Shown here in pieces: positions 1 through 9,092 of a stretch of 64,000 nt of DNA. The position numbers and the translations under genes were made by a program. The DNA is from Dehalococcoidia bacterium. GTDB lineage: Bacteria; Chloroflexota; Dehalococcoidia; GIF9; AB-539-J10. The notes beneath the pieces were generated by a model, which did not search any database, was not told where the DNA came from, and saw only the letters and a list, made by a program, of their open reading frames with translations. The stretch covers positions 1,999-65,998 of the forward strand of contig JAGGYM010000060.1 in assembly GCA_021162545.1 (NCBI GenBank), in the 5' to 3' direction. The stretch's first letter is position 1, and every line of letters begins with the position of its first letter.

Positions 1-107
1 TCTCCTCAAAGTCTAATTCGTCTCCCATCTTGAATGCCTCCCAGGCACGAGGTTACTTATGCACATAATATGCCAATGCAGGTATGATAACAATAGCAAA
101 TTGAATG

Positions 108-2651
108 CTATGTCTCCCTGTATTCATGCTCACCTGCAAATAATTCGTTTATCCTCTTCTGCCATTCATCTTCGAAGATAACTTTAAATACTACTCTCCG
201 GTCAGGGAATTCCAGTTTAAGTTCATCCCAGCTTTTCTCCTCGGCAAGCTGATTGCAGAGAGCAAATACCTTCTCCTTGTAGCCCGTGTCCTCGTTTTTC
301 AAGTGCAAACCCTTGGTCTCAACGACAAACACCTTATCACAGTTTAACTCATCAACCTCATCGATTTCTGTAAATATGAAGTCCGGGTATATCCTGTGTT
401 TCCTCCACCCCTGTATCGAATAATCCTGCCTCGAAATATTCCGATACCACCACAACAATTTGCCCTGCTCCTCCAGATACCAAGCAACCGACTGTTCCAT
501 TGAGTTGAAATCTTCTTCAGGAACAAAGTCAAACAAGTTCTTTTGCAGAGGCTGTCCATCTGAGCAGTTAAGAGTTCGGCTCAGCTTATTCACAATAATG
601 TGGTTGGGCAGGCGAGCCTCTTTGATGCTTTTGAGAAGCAAGAAACGCAAATCTCCATCATTGACTAATTTTCTAAACACTTCCTCTGCCAGACGGTCTT
701 TTTCTCTCTCCACATGCTTGCGAAGCTCCTCCAGAATGAAAACCAGATTATTTGTTACCGCTTTGAGGTCATACTTTGCCAGCAGATAGCCAAACAACTG
801 TTTGCAAGCGTCATATGCTACCCACGGGTTAGGCACGATATCGTTCAGATGCCGCACCGCAAATACATAATCAAGAGTTAGCCCTCCTTCCTTGAGCTTT
901 TTTAACCCCCCGAGCTTAGCAAGGTTGAACGTACTATCCCCCAACCCAACCTTCATTTCTATATCTTTATCCTCTGTCGCAGACAAGGTTAAGGACTTGA
1001 GCGAGCCCCACTTCATCCGCTTCCAGTCAATATTACCCAATATATCCACTTCATAGTTGGTCTGCCTCCATCCGGGACCATCACGGACCACAAAGACAGG
1101 AAGATAGATAGTGCCAGCTAAATGCTTAAACCTCTCCCTGAGTTCAACTATCCGCTCACTCTGCGTTTCAACACCTTCCTCCGGCGTCTCATCTGTTACT
1201 ATGCGCGTCGTGAGATCTCCAAGTCCTTCTACTCCAAAGCCTGCAGTAATATTCGCCAGAAGATTGGCTGCCTTCTGCTGGGAACAGAACACATAGCTTT
1301 CATCCAGTTCCCTGATACCTGTCTTCTGCGCAAAGGGCTGTCGCAAAATGCGCCCCACGAGTTGAGTTAAGTTGTTCTTCGAGGCTGGATTGGTTAGCAA
1401 AGTTAGAACATAGGCAAACGAACAGTCCCACCCTTCCTGAAGAGCCTGCTTGGTAATAATATAGCGCACGGGACAATCCCGCGAGAGCAGATCTATCCCC
1501 TCAATATCATCTTTCTCGCTGGACTTTACTGCTACCTGGTTCTCTGGAACCCCACGGATCCTGGTTAAATACTCTCTCGCATCCTCAGCATGGATAAATC
1601 GGCTTCCACGCTGGTCTCTGCCAGTGCGTTCTACCTGTATCAAGCAAATTGGACGGATAACCTGGCCTGTGTTTGCTTCATACTCCCGAGCCTTTTGCTC
1701 AAGCAAATCACGCCTTTCAATGCTTGAGAGCAACGTATCTTTCCAATCTATGCTTGCCTTGTTGGTAATGTGCAAATCAAGCTTGATCATTTCTTCCCGA
1801 TTGAGCTCGGCTCCCTTGATATCCACCAGGACATTGCTCTTTTCCAGAGGAGTTGCAGAAAGCTCTACAATCATGACAGGGTTAAACCCACGGAGCGTCC
1901 CCTGGGCAGTCTCGCTATAAGCCTTGTGTCCCTCATCCAGGATAATAATGGGAGAAAGCATGCGCAACGTATTTCCCAGGGAAGTTTTTGCCTGGCGCGG
2001 GAAGAAGCTGCTTTCATCATCAAAACAATCCAAATTTGGAAACTGTTCCAATAATCTGGCGTGACCGTCCGCATCATCATCAGAAGGAAAGAACTCGGCA
2101 AAGCCTCCACTATCTCTGAAAACCTTCAACGTTTCTTTGTTTTGCCTCGAAGCCGAAGGAAGCATCAGCATCATAACAACCAAATTCTCATTTACATCCT
2201 CCGAGGTAAAGCGATCGGTCTTCTCCAGGATTGCCGTTCTGCCTCCGCTGGCAATATCCAGATGCTGGCGGTATGGGTGATCATGGTCACGCAGGTTTTT
2301 AATTGTCTGGCGATAGATTTGCGTTGTCGGCACTACCCATAACACCAACCCCGTGTGTCGTTTCAGGTAGGTGGTCTGAACCAAGTCAATCACCTTTGTG
2401 GCAAGTAGAGTCTTCCCTCCTCCAGTGGGTATTTTCAAACAGAAATTGGGAAGCCATTCGCCAAGGCCATTCTTGCGCGATCTGTACCCACCCAGTCCCA
2501 CGCGCTCCCATGCCTTTGCAGGAAAGTCTATCGCCATATCAGGACCGAGGAACGCAACAGCATGCTCGCTTTTCTCACGAAATTCACTCAAAGCTTCGAG
2601 GTAAAGCCTGACCTGCGTTAGCGTTTTCTGCTGGTACTCTTTTAGCTCCAT
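108..2651 (-). CDS. res: Type III restriction enzyme Res subunit (SF2 helicase plus C-terminal PD-(D/E)xK nuclease)
   Basis: 847 aa. Helicase motifs: Walker A-like GGGKT and DEGH (DEAH-like). C-terminal YPDF...VVETKG nuclease motif typical of type III Res. Sits immediately downstream of the mod gene. Visibly more AT-rich than surrounding genes. Confidence 0.85.
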   Translation of the reverse strand: MELKEYQQKTLTQVRLYLEALSEFREKSEHAVAFLGPDMAIDFPAKAWERVGLGGYRSRKNGLGEWLPNFCLKIPTGGGKTLLATKVIDLVQTTYLKRHTGLVLWVVPTTQIYRQTIKNLRDHDHPYRQHLDIASGGRTAILEKTDRFTSEDVNENLVVMMLMLPSASRQNKETLKVFRDSGGFAEFFPSDDDADGHARLLEQFPNLDCFDDESSFFPRQAKTSLGNTLRMLSPIIILDEGHKAYSETAQGTLRGFNPVMIVELSATPLEKSNVLVDIKGAELNREEMIKLDLHITNKASIDWKDTLLSSIERRDLLEQKAREYEANTGQVIRPICLIQVERTGRDQRGSRFIHAEDAREYLTRIRGVPENQVAVKSSEKDDIEGIDLLSRDCPVRYIITKQALQEGWDCSFAYVLTLLTNPASKNNLTQLVGRILRQPFAQKTGIRELDESYVFCSQQKAANLLANITAGFGVEGLGDLTTRIVTDETPEEGVETQSERIVELRERFKHLAGTIYLPVFVVRDGPGWRQTNYEVDILGNIDWKRMKWGSLKSLTLSATEDKDIEMKVGLGDSTFNLAKLGGLKKLKEGGLTLDYVFAVRHLNDIVPNPWVAYDACKQLFGYLLAKYDLKAVTNNLVFILEELRKHVEREKDRLAEEVFRKLVNDGDLRFLLLKSIKEARLPNHIIVNKLSRTLNCSDGQPLQKNLFDFVPEEDFNSMEQSVAWYLEEQGKLLWWYRNISRQDYSIQGWRKHRIYPDFIFTEIDEVDELNCDKVFVVETKGLHLKNEDTGYKEKVFALCNQLAEEKSWDELKLEFPDRRVVFKVIFEDEWQKRINELFAGEHEYRET

Positions 2652-2655
2652 ACCT

Positions 2656-4278
2656 TTACCTGGCTAATTTATATATCTCAAATGGTAGCTGAGCAAAATC
2701 GATATGAAACTCCTGCAAATGTTGTTGGTCAAGATACTTGGCAGGCGCAAAAACTAACCGCTTCTTGCCATTGTATGGTCCCAACTCCTTAGCCCTGTCG
2801 AGAGTCAAAGCAGTAGCCTTGAGATAATCAAGCTCAGGTTTATAGAAGAGAAAGACTTCATATTCCCGACTTTCTCCCACAAAATTTCGGTCTTCATCCA
2901 CCATGACTTCATCAAATTCCTCACCTGTAGCTGTATAGAACACATAACGGGCAAGCTCATTATAAGTTGGCAAATTATCACCCTGCAAAATGCTCTCCAT
3001 CTCGATAGGTTTGCCCAGCTCAAAGTAACTGAATGTCCCGCCTAAACCTTGCTTGAGAGATTCATCTTTGGCTTTGGGAACACCCTTAATCACACGCCTC
3101 ACACGCTCAGCGGTCGTTTGATTGGCATAATCCTCACACTCCACCAGAATAAATTTGCGGTTGCCTCCATCCTCTTTGTTAAGTGCCAGGACGGCGTGGG
3201 CAGTAGTGCCCGAGCCAGCAAAGGAATCAAGGATGACGGAATCACTAGCAGTAGTATAAGTCACGAAGAATTTTACCAAGTCCTTTGGTTTGGGATTCTC
3301 AAAAATATCTTTGACTCCAAAAATATCCTTCAGTTCATCAGAGGCGTCTCCTGTACTCGCGAGTTCATATAGGATACTACGTTCCTTGATTCTTCTTACT
3401 GCTCCCTCTGAATAGTACATTTTTTCATAAGGAACCCATTCTCCATCTTTCTTCCCCCAATAGATAAGATCATTCTTAATAAGCATTGTCATTCTCGTCC
3501 TACCAACCCGCCACCGTCCTTCTCTCCCATCGGGTGTTTTAGGATAAACTTTCTTACCATCGGGAGATTTGATCCCAAAAAACATCTTTTCCCTATCCTC
3601 TCGCCTCGCTGCTGTACCCCATTTCGCAAGTTTTACCGCATCAAACTTGCCTCTGCTATCCTCTTTATCAAACTTGGCTACGTCTATAGGTATAACTTCA
3701 TCAAACCATTTGAATTGATTAGTTCTCGAATAGACAAGAATGTATTCATGCTCAGTGACGAAGTATGCATCAGTCTGCCCACCTCCCTCTTTCTTCCTCC
3801 ACACAAACACCCCTATAAAATTCCCCTCAAAAACATCATCCATAAGCATTCGCAGGTGATGAACCTCGTTGTCATCAATAGAGACAAAGATAACGCCGTC
3901 ATCCCGCAGGAGTTCTTTGAGAAGCCTCAGCCTGGGCATCATCATACATAGCCATTTGTCATGGCGCGTCAAATCTTCTTTATCTACCACTTTGCCCAGC
4001 CATGCCTGCATCATGGGGCTATTAACATTATCGTTATAAGCCCACCCTTCATTGCCAGTATTGTAAGGTGGATCGATATAAATACACTTAACCTTCCCTG
4101 CATAAGTTGGAAGTAAAGCTTTGAGCGCTTTCAGATTATCCCCGTGTATAACGAGATTATCGTGCAGGCTTACTTTATCCGTGACACTTTTTGCTTTTTG
4201 TGGCACCAACTCATGATATTTGACCGTAAGATGGTAATTCTGAACAAACGGTTTGCCCTTGAAACTCAGCGTTGCCAT
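2656..4278 (-). CDS. mod: Type III DNA methyltransferase Mod subunit (beta-class N6-adenine MTase)
   Basis: 540 aa. DPPY catalytic motif (IYIDPPYNTG) precedes the FAGSGTT SAM-binding motif, i.e. beta-class order as in type III Mod. A 4-bp gap to res fits an operon. Confidence 0.85.
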   Translation of the reverse strand: MATLSFKGKPFVQNYHLTVKYHELVPQKAKSVTDKVSLHDNLVIHGDNLKALKALLPTYAGKVKCIYIDPPYNTGNEGWAYNDNVNSPMMQAWLGKVVDKEDLTRHDKWLCMMMPRLRLLKELLRDDGVIFVSIDDNEVHHLRMLMDDVFEGNFIGVFVWRKKEGGGQTDAYFVTEHEYILVYSRTNQFKWFDEVIPIDVAKFDKEDSRGKFDAVKLAKWGTAARREDREKMFFGIKSPDGKKVYPKTPDGREGRWRVGRTRMTMLIKNDLIYWGKKDGEWVPYEKMYYSEGAVRRIKERSILYELASTGDASDELKDIFGVKDIFENPKPKDLVKFFVTYTTASDSVILDSFAGSGTTAHAVLALNKEDGGNRKFILVECEDYANQTTAERVRRVIKGVPKAKDESLKQGLGGTFSYFELGKPIEMESILQGDNLPTYNELARYVFYTATGEEFDEVMVDEDRNFVGESREYEVFLFYKPELDYLKATALTLDRAKELGPYNGKKRLVFAPAKYLDQQHLQEFHIDFAQLPFEIYKLAR

Positions 4279-4356
4279 AGCATATATACCCCCAATCTAA
4301 TACATCGTCCGAATAACCCCCAAGCAAGCTTCATAATACCACCTCTTGATTCCATA

Positions 4357-4548
4357 ATGAAGCTTTTTTTGCCGGCTAACCCTAATAATTACATCTCTCC
4401 TTCAGGTAAAGTTACTTATTTAGATTATTTAGGTCTTGCCACCCATGATGCTGACAGTTCATCACAATATTGTTATACTGGCGAGGCAGTGTGGAGAATT
4501 GAGATAGCCAGAACCAGGAAAGGCGACTATTTGACCAGAGAGAGGTGA
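4357..4548 (+). pseudogene. Remnant of a RelE/ParE-superfamily (HigB/Gp49-like) toxin gene
   Basis: The C-terminal peptide ...WRIEIARTRKGDYLTRER resembles the conserved C-terminus (EIEIA..RL.DYL.R) of toxins that pair with this antitoxin family. An upstream frame-shifted fragment ...HHNIVIL resembles the RIVLLHGF core, but no intact about 100-aa ORF exists. The region overlaps the stop of the antitoxin-preceding frame. Confidence 0.3.
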
Positions 4549-4553
4549 AGCAG

Positions 4554-4844
4554 ATGAACTGGAAAGAGCACAAGAGAAAACTGATGAACGACCCCGAGTT
4601 CAGGAAAGAGTATCAGGCGCTTGAACCCGAGTACGCGCTGGCAGCGGCGCTGATCCGGCTGCGGCTGGCAAGGGGATTGACGCAGGAAGAACTGGCAAGG
4701 GTGCTGAATACCAGACAATCCAGCATAGCCAGGCTGGAGGGAGGCACCTCCCTGCCATCTCTGTCCATGGTCAAGAAGGTCGCCGATGCCCTCGATGCCC
4801 GGCTGGAAATCAAGCTGGAGCCCAGGCACATGAAGGCTCTCTGA
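4554..4844 (+). CDS. XRE-family HTH antitoxin (HigA-like, partner of Gp49/HigB-like toxins)
   Basis: Translation MNWKEHKRKLMNDPEFRKEYQALEPEYALAAALIRLRLARGLTQEELARVLNTRQSSIARLEGG...LEIKLEP. HTH_XRE motif and a KDPEFR/EYE.LEPEY N-terminus typical of this antitoxin family. The ORF track starts at GTG 4545; the first ATG is at 4554. Confidence 0.7.
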   Translation: MNWKEHKRKLMNDPEFRKEYQALEPEYALAAALIRLRLARGLTQEELARVLNTRQSSIARLEGGTSLPSLSMVKKVADALDARLEIKLEPRHMKAL

Positions 4845-5036
4845 TATTCTCCTGCCCGACGTAAGCAGGAAGTCGATGGCGAGAACCTCGACAGCTGGAC
4901 GATATCGGAGCACTTCGGCGTGCCCGACGAGATGGTGCCCTTCCGATTGGGAACGGGCGAAAACCCTTACCTGAAAAACATCGGATGTCAGCAAAATTGC
5001 TCTGAAAGACAGATTAAGGTAGAATCTCAAAGCTAT

Positions 5037-5123
5037 GGAGGGGTGACCGAGAGGCCTATGGTGGCGGTCTTGAAAACCGCTTTCGTCTTATGGCGAACGT
5101 GGGTTCGAATCCCACCCCCTCCG
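5037..5123 (+). tRNA. tRNA-Ser (anticodon TGA), long variable arm
   Basis: Acceptor stem GGAGGGG/CCCCTCC. Anticodon stem-loop GGCGG-TCTTGAAAA-CCGCT with anticodon TGA. Long variable arm. T-arm GTGGG-TTCGAAT-CCCAC. Discriminator G. CCA not encoded. Confidence 0.8.
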
Positions 5124-5206
5124 CAAGGAAAGATACTCCTCCAGCGCTTTTCTCATCACCCCCAGGGAACTCATGACCGGTTCTTAAAGATGCATACCTT
5201 CAGATT

Positions 5207-6664
5207 TCACCGGCGAGCACCTCCACTCCCCTCTTCAAGCTCATCCCTGAACTTCCAGTAGCGACGCACATTGGCAATAGCCCTGGCCGCTCTATCCAGA
5301 GAAGGATATACCGGGATTTGCGCCCGCGAAAGCCCGCCCACTATTTCGGACCTTTCCTTCTCGGCCAGAGCAGGATACAGTACCACGGCAAACGGCATGC
5401 TCCGTTTCTCCCTGAAGCCAGCAAAAACCCTGTGTATGGCCCGAACGCTTTCCATGGAGTGCACCAGCAAGAGCTGATCCAGCATCTCGATAACCACGAT
5501 AATCCCTGTCTCTGGGTCATCTGCCAGAACCTCCATGGCCTCTGCCAGGGCTTCCGGTCGGGAACCAACAGCGCCCACATCCAGGGGATTCCTCAAGATG
5601 CTTCCCACTTGAGGAATTATTTTCCTCAATTTTTCCTCGGTTTCTCTGCTGAAAACGGGCAAGGGTATCCCCTCTCTGGTAAAGATATCGCTCGAGGTAA
5701 CAACCATGCCTCCACCAGCGCCCAGAAGCCCCGCCATGGGGACTGCCCCTTTTGCCCCAAGGCGTCCCAGCTGCTGAAAAGCCAGCACGGTATCAGTTAG
5801 CTCTTCCACCCCCTGCACCTCAATGGCATGAGCCTGCTTCAAGGCCGCTTCCCAGACCACTTTCGAGCCAGCGATCGCTCCCGTATGAGAAAAGGCACCG
5901 CGATTCCCTGCCTCGCTCTTCCCTCCCTTCAAAACGACCACAGGCTTGACAGGAGTGACTTCCCTGATGAGTTTAAAGAGAGGGCGACAATCCTGTGCGC
6001 CCTCAAGATACATGCCCACAATTTCAGTTTCCCCATCAGCTTTGAGGTACTCCAGGAAATCCGCGCCATCAAGGTCACTGCCGTTCCCAAAGGCGGCCAC
6101 CTTGCTGAAACGGATGTCGGCGGCTATCCCCGATAAAACAAAAGCCACAGCGATGCCTCCACTCTGTGAAACAAAGGCCACCTTGCCCGATTTTGGCATT
6201 ATTCCCTCGGGGCCAAACGGCAAATTACCTGTGGGACAACACAGCCCCAAACAATTCGGCCCGATAATCCGGGCACCTCCCTCCTGTGCCATCGATACCA
6301 TCTCCCTCTCTAATTCCTGATATCCACCTTCACCGCTCTCGGAAAATCCAGCGCTGAAGATGTGGATAGCTTTCACTCCCTTCCTGACACAATCACCGAC
6401 CGTATCGAGGATAGAGCCCCTGGGAGTTGCCACGATAACATAATCTACAGGGTGGGGTATCGCCTCAACGCTGGGATAAGCCTGCAACCCAGCCACCCCG
6501 GTCTGGTTCGGATTCACGGGATAAATCCTGCCCTTGAAGTGAGCCTGCAGGGAATGCAGGAACAACGTCCCGAACTTGTGTTCATCAGCAGAGGCTCCAA
6601 CCACCGCAATGGATTCAGGATAGAAAGCCGATTCTATCTGCTCTAGCTTCTTATTATCGTCCAA
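5207..6664 (-). CDS. CoA-binding domain protein / acyl-CoA synthetase (NDP-forming) alpha-subunit-like
   Basis: 485 aa. N-terminal CoA-binding Rossmann motif (IAVVGASADEHKFG), a succinyl-CoA synthetase-like ligase domain and a conserved phospho-histidine-loop region (FSHTGAIAG). Confidence 0.7.
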   Translation of the reverse strand: MDDNKKLEQIESAFYPESIAVVGASADEHKFGTLFLHSLQAHFKGRIYPVNPNQTGVAGLQAYPSVEAIPHPVDYVIVATPRGSILDTVGDCVRKGVKAIHIFSAGFSESGEGGYQELEREMVSMAQEGGARIIGPNCLGLCCPTGNLPFGPEGIMPKSGKVAFVSQSGGIAVAFVLSGIAADIRFSKVAAFGNGSDLDGADFLEYLKADGETEIVGMYLEGAQDCRPLFKLIREVTPVKPVVVLKGGKSEAGNRGAFSHTGAIAGSKVVWEAALKQAHAIEVQGVEELTDTVLAFQQLGRLGAKGAVPMAGLLGAGGGMVVTSSDIFTREGIPLPVFSRETEEKLRKIIPQVGSILRNPLDVGAVGSRPEALAEAMEVLADDPETGIIVVIEMLDQLLLVHSMESVRAIHRVFAGFREKRSMPFAVVLYPALAEKERSEIVGGLSRAQIPVYPSLDRAARAIANVRRYWKFRDELEEGSGGARR

Positions 6665-6832
6665 GTCTATATCTCCTCCCTTTCATGTAAAACTCACTGC
6701 CATTATACATGAAGGCAAGCACCCGCAACGCCCCTATAAAGGCGAGCTAATCGAAGAAAAGGCAATTTCCAACGCAGACGCAAGTCCTGGGTGGAGTTAA
6801 AGGCAATGAAGCGATTCAGTCCATCTGGTGAA

Positions 6833-7468
6833 CTATAAACCGGAGGTTGCCTTTTCCCGCAATGGCTGTCCCCTGGAGAACAGGAGAGGGTAAATTATAT
6901 CACTGGTACAGCAGGGAATCCACACCGCCAGAAAGAGGAATCCCGTGATGGCGATGGTTTGGAACCAGCTCAGTGCCGTCCCCAGCGCCATTATAACGTG
7001 GAACATCGATGCCCAGGTGCTTATCAACACATGCCCATAGTGGGGAAGTCTGGTCGTCCCCCTCCAGTATCCGAGCGCAATTCCGAGCAACGCCGCAGGG
7101 TTAACCAGCCACCACTTCTCAATGAACCCTATATGTATGCCCCTGTTGGGCAGGGCGAGCAGCGATTCGCCCAGGTAAGGAATAAGCGAGTCGCTTATTG
7201 TGGCAATGCCGATCGCCCCTGAATAGCCGATGAGAATTGCCAGCCAGACTTTCCCCTTGCCATATTTCATGTACATAGCTGTAGTGACCATCGCACTCAG
7301 CACCACGTGTGTCGGGTGCAATATGTAGAAGACTCTCTCGGAAACGGGAATCACCAGGGGGAGAAAATTGCCGTGGACTATCACCAGCATGATGACTATA
7401 CCGCTGAGGGCACCGGCAAAGGTGAAAGGCGCATGCCTCTTCATCTCATGGGCTATCCTGCCGAGCAT
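6833..7468 (-). CDS. Integral membrane protein (His/Cys-containing TM helices; putative metal-related transporter, co-oriented with Fur-family regulator)
   Basis: 211 aa, multiple hydrophobic segments, conserved His residues and a CC pair in TM helices. Lies 4 bp downstream of the Fur-family gene on the same strand. Family not recognised. Confidence 0.4.
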   Translation of the reverse strand: MLGRIAHEMKRHAPFTFAGALSGIVIMLVIVHGNFLPLVIPVSERVFYILHPTHVVLSAMVTTAMYMKYGKGKVWLAILIGYSGAIGIATISDSLIPYLGESLLALPNRGIHIGFIEKWWLVNPAALLGIALGYWRGTTRLPHYGHVLISTWASMFHVIMALGTALSWFQTIAITGFLFLAVWIPCCTSDIIYPLLFSRGQPLREKATSGL

Positions 7469-7472
7469 TTCT

Positions 7473-7931
7473 TCAGACCTGTCCTTCTGCAGATAGCAAT
7501 GCTTTCTGCCTCAATTCATAGCACGAGGAACAGATGCCGGAGGTCTCAGAGAAATGGCGCTCGGCATGAAAATCGAGTCCCGTGGCGAGCTTGCTCTCCT
7601 CGCGGCACAGCGCTTCGTCAGCGAACTCCTGGAAGGCTCCACACTGCCGGCAAACCACGAACCGGTGGCAACCCCCCTTTTCCCCCAAGCTGCACTTCAC
7701 AAAGCCACCGCTTGACGGCAACCGGTGAGCCAGGTTGAGGCGGCAAAAGAGGTCAAGCACGCGATAGATAGTAACCCTGTCAAGGTACCCCCCCTTGCTG
7801 CTCAGGGCACTTTGTATCTCGTGGGGCGACACAGGACGGGCCGCCTCTTCCAGTGACTGGAGCACCATCCGCCGGGGCCTGGTTACCCTGTATCCCCTGG
7901 CCTGCAGCGTCTGCATTAAGTCACCACCCAT
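7473..7931 (-). CDS. Fur-family metal-responsive transcriptional regulator (Fur/Zur/PerR)
   Basis: 152 aa. N-terminal winged-helix region (RVTRPRRMVLQSLEE). Metal-binding H/C residues. C-terminal CxxC pairs (CRQC...CSSC). Confidence 0.8.
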   Translation of the reverse strand: MGGDLMQTLQARGYRVTRPRRMVLQSLEEAARPVSPHEIQSALSSKGGYLDRVTIYRVLDLFCRLNLAHRLPSSGGFVKCSLGEKGGCHRFVVCRQCGAFQEFADEALCREESKLATGLDFHAERHFSETSGICSSCYELRQKALLSAEGQV

Positions 7932-7958
7932 TTGGAAATTATACCTGGACGGAAAGAT

Positions 7959-7979
7959 AAATGCAACATTGTTGCATTT
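7959..7979. promoter_or_regulatory. 21-bp near-perfect palindrome AAATGCAACA-T-TGTTGCATTT upstream of the Fur-family gene (candidate autoregulatory operator)
   Basis: 10-bp perfect inverted arms around a single central base, 28 bp upstream of the regulator start codon, in an AT-rich divergent promoter region. Confidence 0.45.
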
Positions 7980-8078
7980 TGGGCAAGAAATAAACCATGG
8001 ACAAGAGCTTTAAGCAGGCCCTATCTTAACCATTTTCGGTTACATTTTATGTGATTCAATTCATCTTATACCGCGCGC

Positions 8079-8882
8079 TTGTGCCCATGTGTTACAATCT
8101 TGAATGATATGCTGGAAGAAGTCTCTGCACTGGATCAAGAGGAGGTTCTCTCCCTTATCTTCCATCCCAGGAAGAACGTCTCCGTGCCCCCCCCCGATTC
8201 AAGCGATTACTTCGTGCCCGTGGATAAAGAGGTGTCCGTTGCCTGTCGCTTCTACACGCACAACTTGAAGTCTGCCTCGGTTCTTTGCTTCCATGGCGAT
8301 GGCGAGGTCATCTGCGATTACGATTACATCGCCCCCTTGTACGCACAGCTGGGCATCAACCTGTTCGTGGCGGAATATCGTGGCTATGGAGCCAGCCAGG
8401 GCAAGCCGCTTTTCAGCACCATGCTTTCGGATGCCCTTGCTATTTTCGATGCCTTCATGGACGCTTTACGGGCAGGCGCTTATAAAGGGCCCGCCTTTGT
8501 TATCGGGCGTTCCCTGGGTAGCGTTCCCGCCCTGGAGATAGCACGCCATCATCAGAAGCAAATAAAGGGACTGATTATCGAAAGTGGCTTTAGCAGCATC
8601 CTTAAATTGCTCCTCCACATGGACTTTCCCATCGGATACTTGAACTTTAAGGATATCGAGTTTCCCAATGTAACCAGCATACGCTTCGTTGCCATCCCCA
8701 CGCTCATCATACATGGCAAAGAGGACACGCTCATCCCTCCCGGCGAATCGCAAATCCTGTATGAGAACTCGGCAGCCAAGAACAAGCGCCTGGTCATAAT
8801 TCCCGGGGCCGACCACAGCAACATCATAAAAGTGGGCATGGAACCCTACCTCAAAGCGATCAAAAAATTCGTTCGCCGATAG
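8079..8882 (+). CDS. alpha/beta-fold hydrolase
   Basis: 267 aa. GxSxG nucleophile elbow (GRSLGS). Downstream Asp and His positions (HGKEDTL..., GADHSN) consistent with a Ser-Asp-His triad. The start may be the internal Met at about 8109. Confidence 0.7.
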   Translation: MCPCVTILNDMLEEVSALDQEEVLSLIFHPRKNVSVPPPDSSDYFVPVDKEVSVACRFYTHNLKSASVLCFHGDGEVICDYDYIAPLYAQLGINLFVAEYRGYGASQGKPLFSTMLSDALAIFDAFMDALRAGAYKGPAFVIGRSLGSVPALEIARHHQKQIKGLIIESGFSSILKLLLHMDFPIGYLNFKDIEFPNVTSIRFVAIPTLIIHGKEDTLIPPGESQILYENSAAKNKRLVIIPGADHSNIIKVGMEPYLKAIKKFVRR

Positions 8883-9092
8883 CTCCATCTCGCAGGGAGT
8901 AACGCTCTGTGCAGGCTGGTAACCCCCGGAGAATTCCAACAGAGCAGATTTACCCGGGGCAAGGGAGGGCTTGTCTTTGTTTCTTCAGGAGAGAACGCTA
9001 CCCCTTCGGGGCGCCTTTACCCTCGCGGTATGACGAAAGAACTTGTTGCAGAAATGGACGGCAACGGAAGTTCCTGTTATATTAATTATCTT

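Noticed and set aside
4144-4548. 134-aa ORF upstream of the antitoxin as an intact toxin gene
   Set aside because: Its 5' two-thirds is antisense to the mod gene and resembles no toxin. Only the last about 20 residues look toxin-like, so it is treated as a remnant rather than a gene.
9030-9092. Longer argJ start at ATG 9030
   Set aside because: The extra 21 codons include the strongly AT-rich TGTTATATTAATTATCTT segment, atypical for coding DNA in this genome and more like a promoter. The ArgJ family N-terminus aligns from the Met at 9093.
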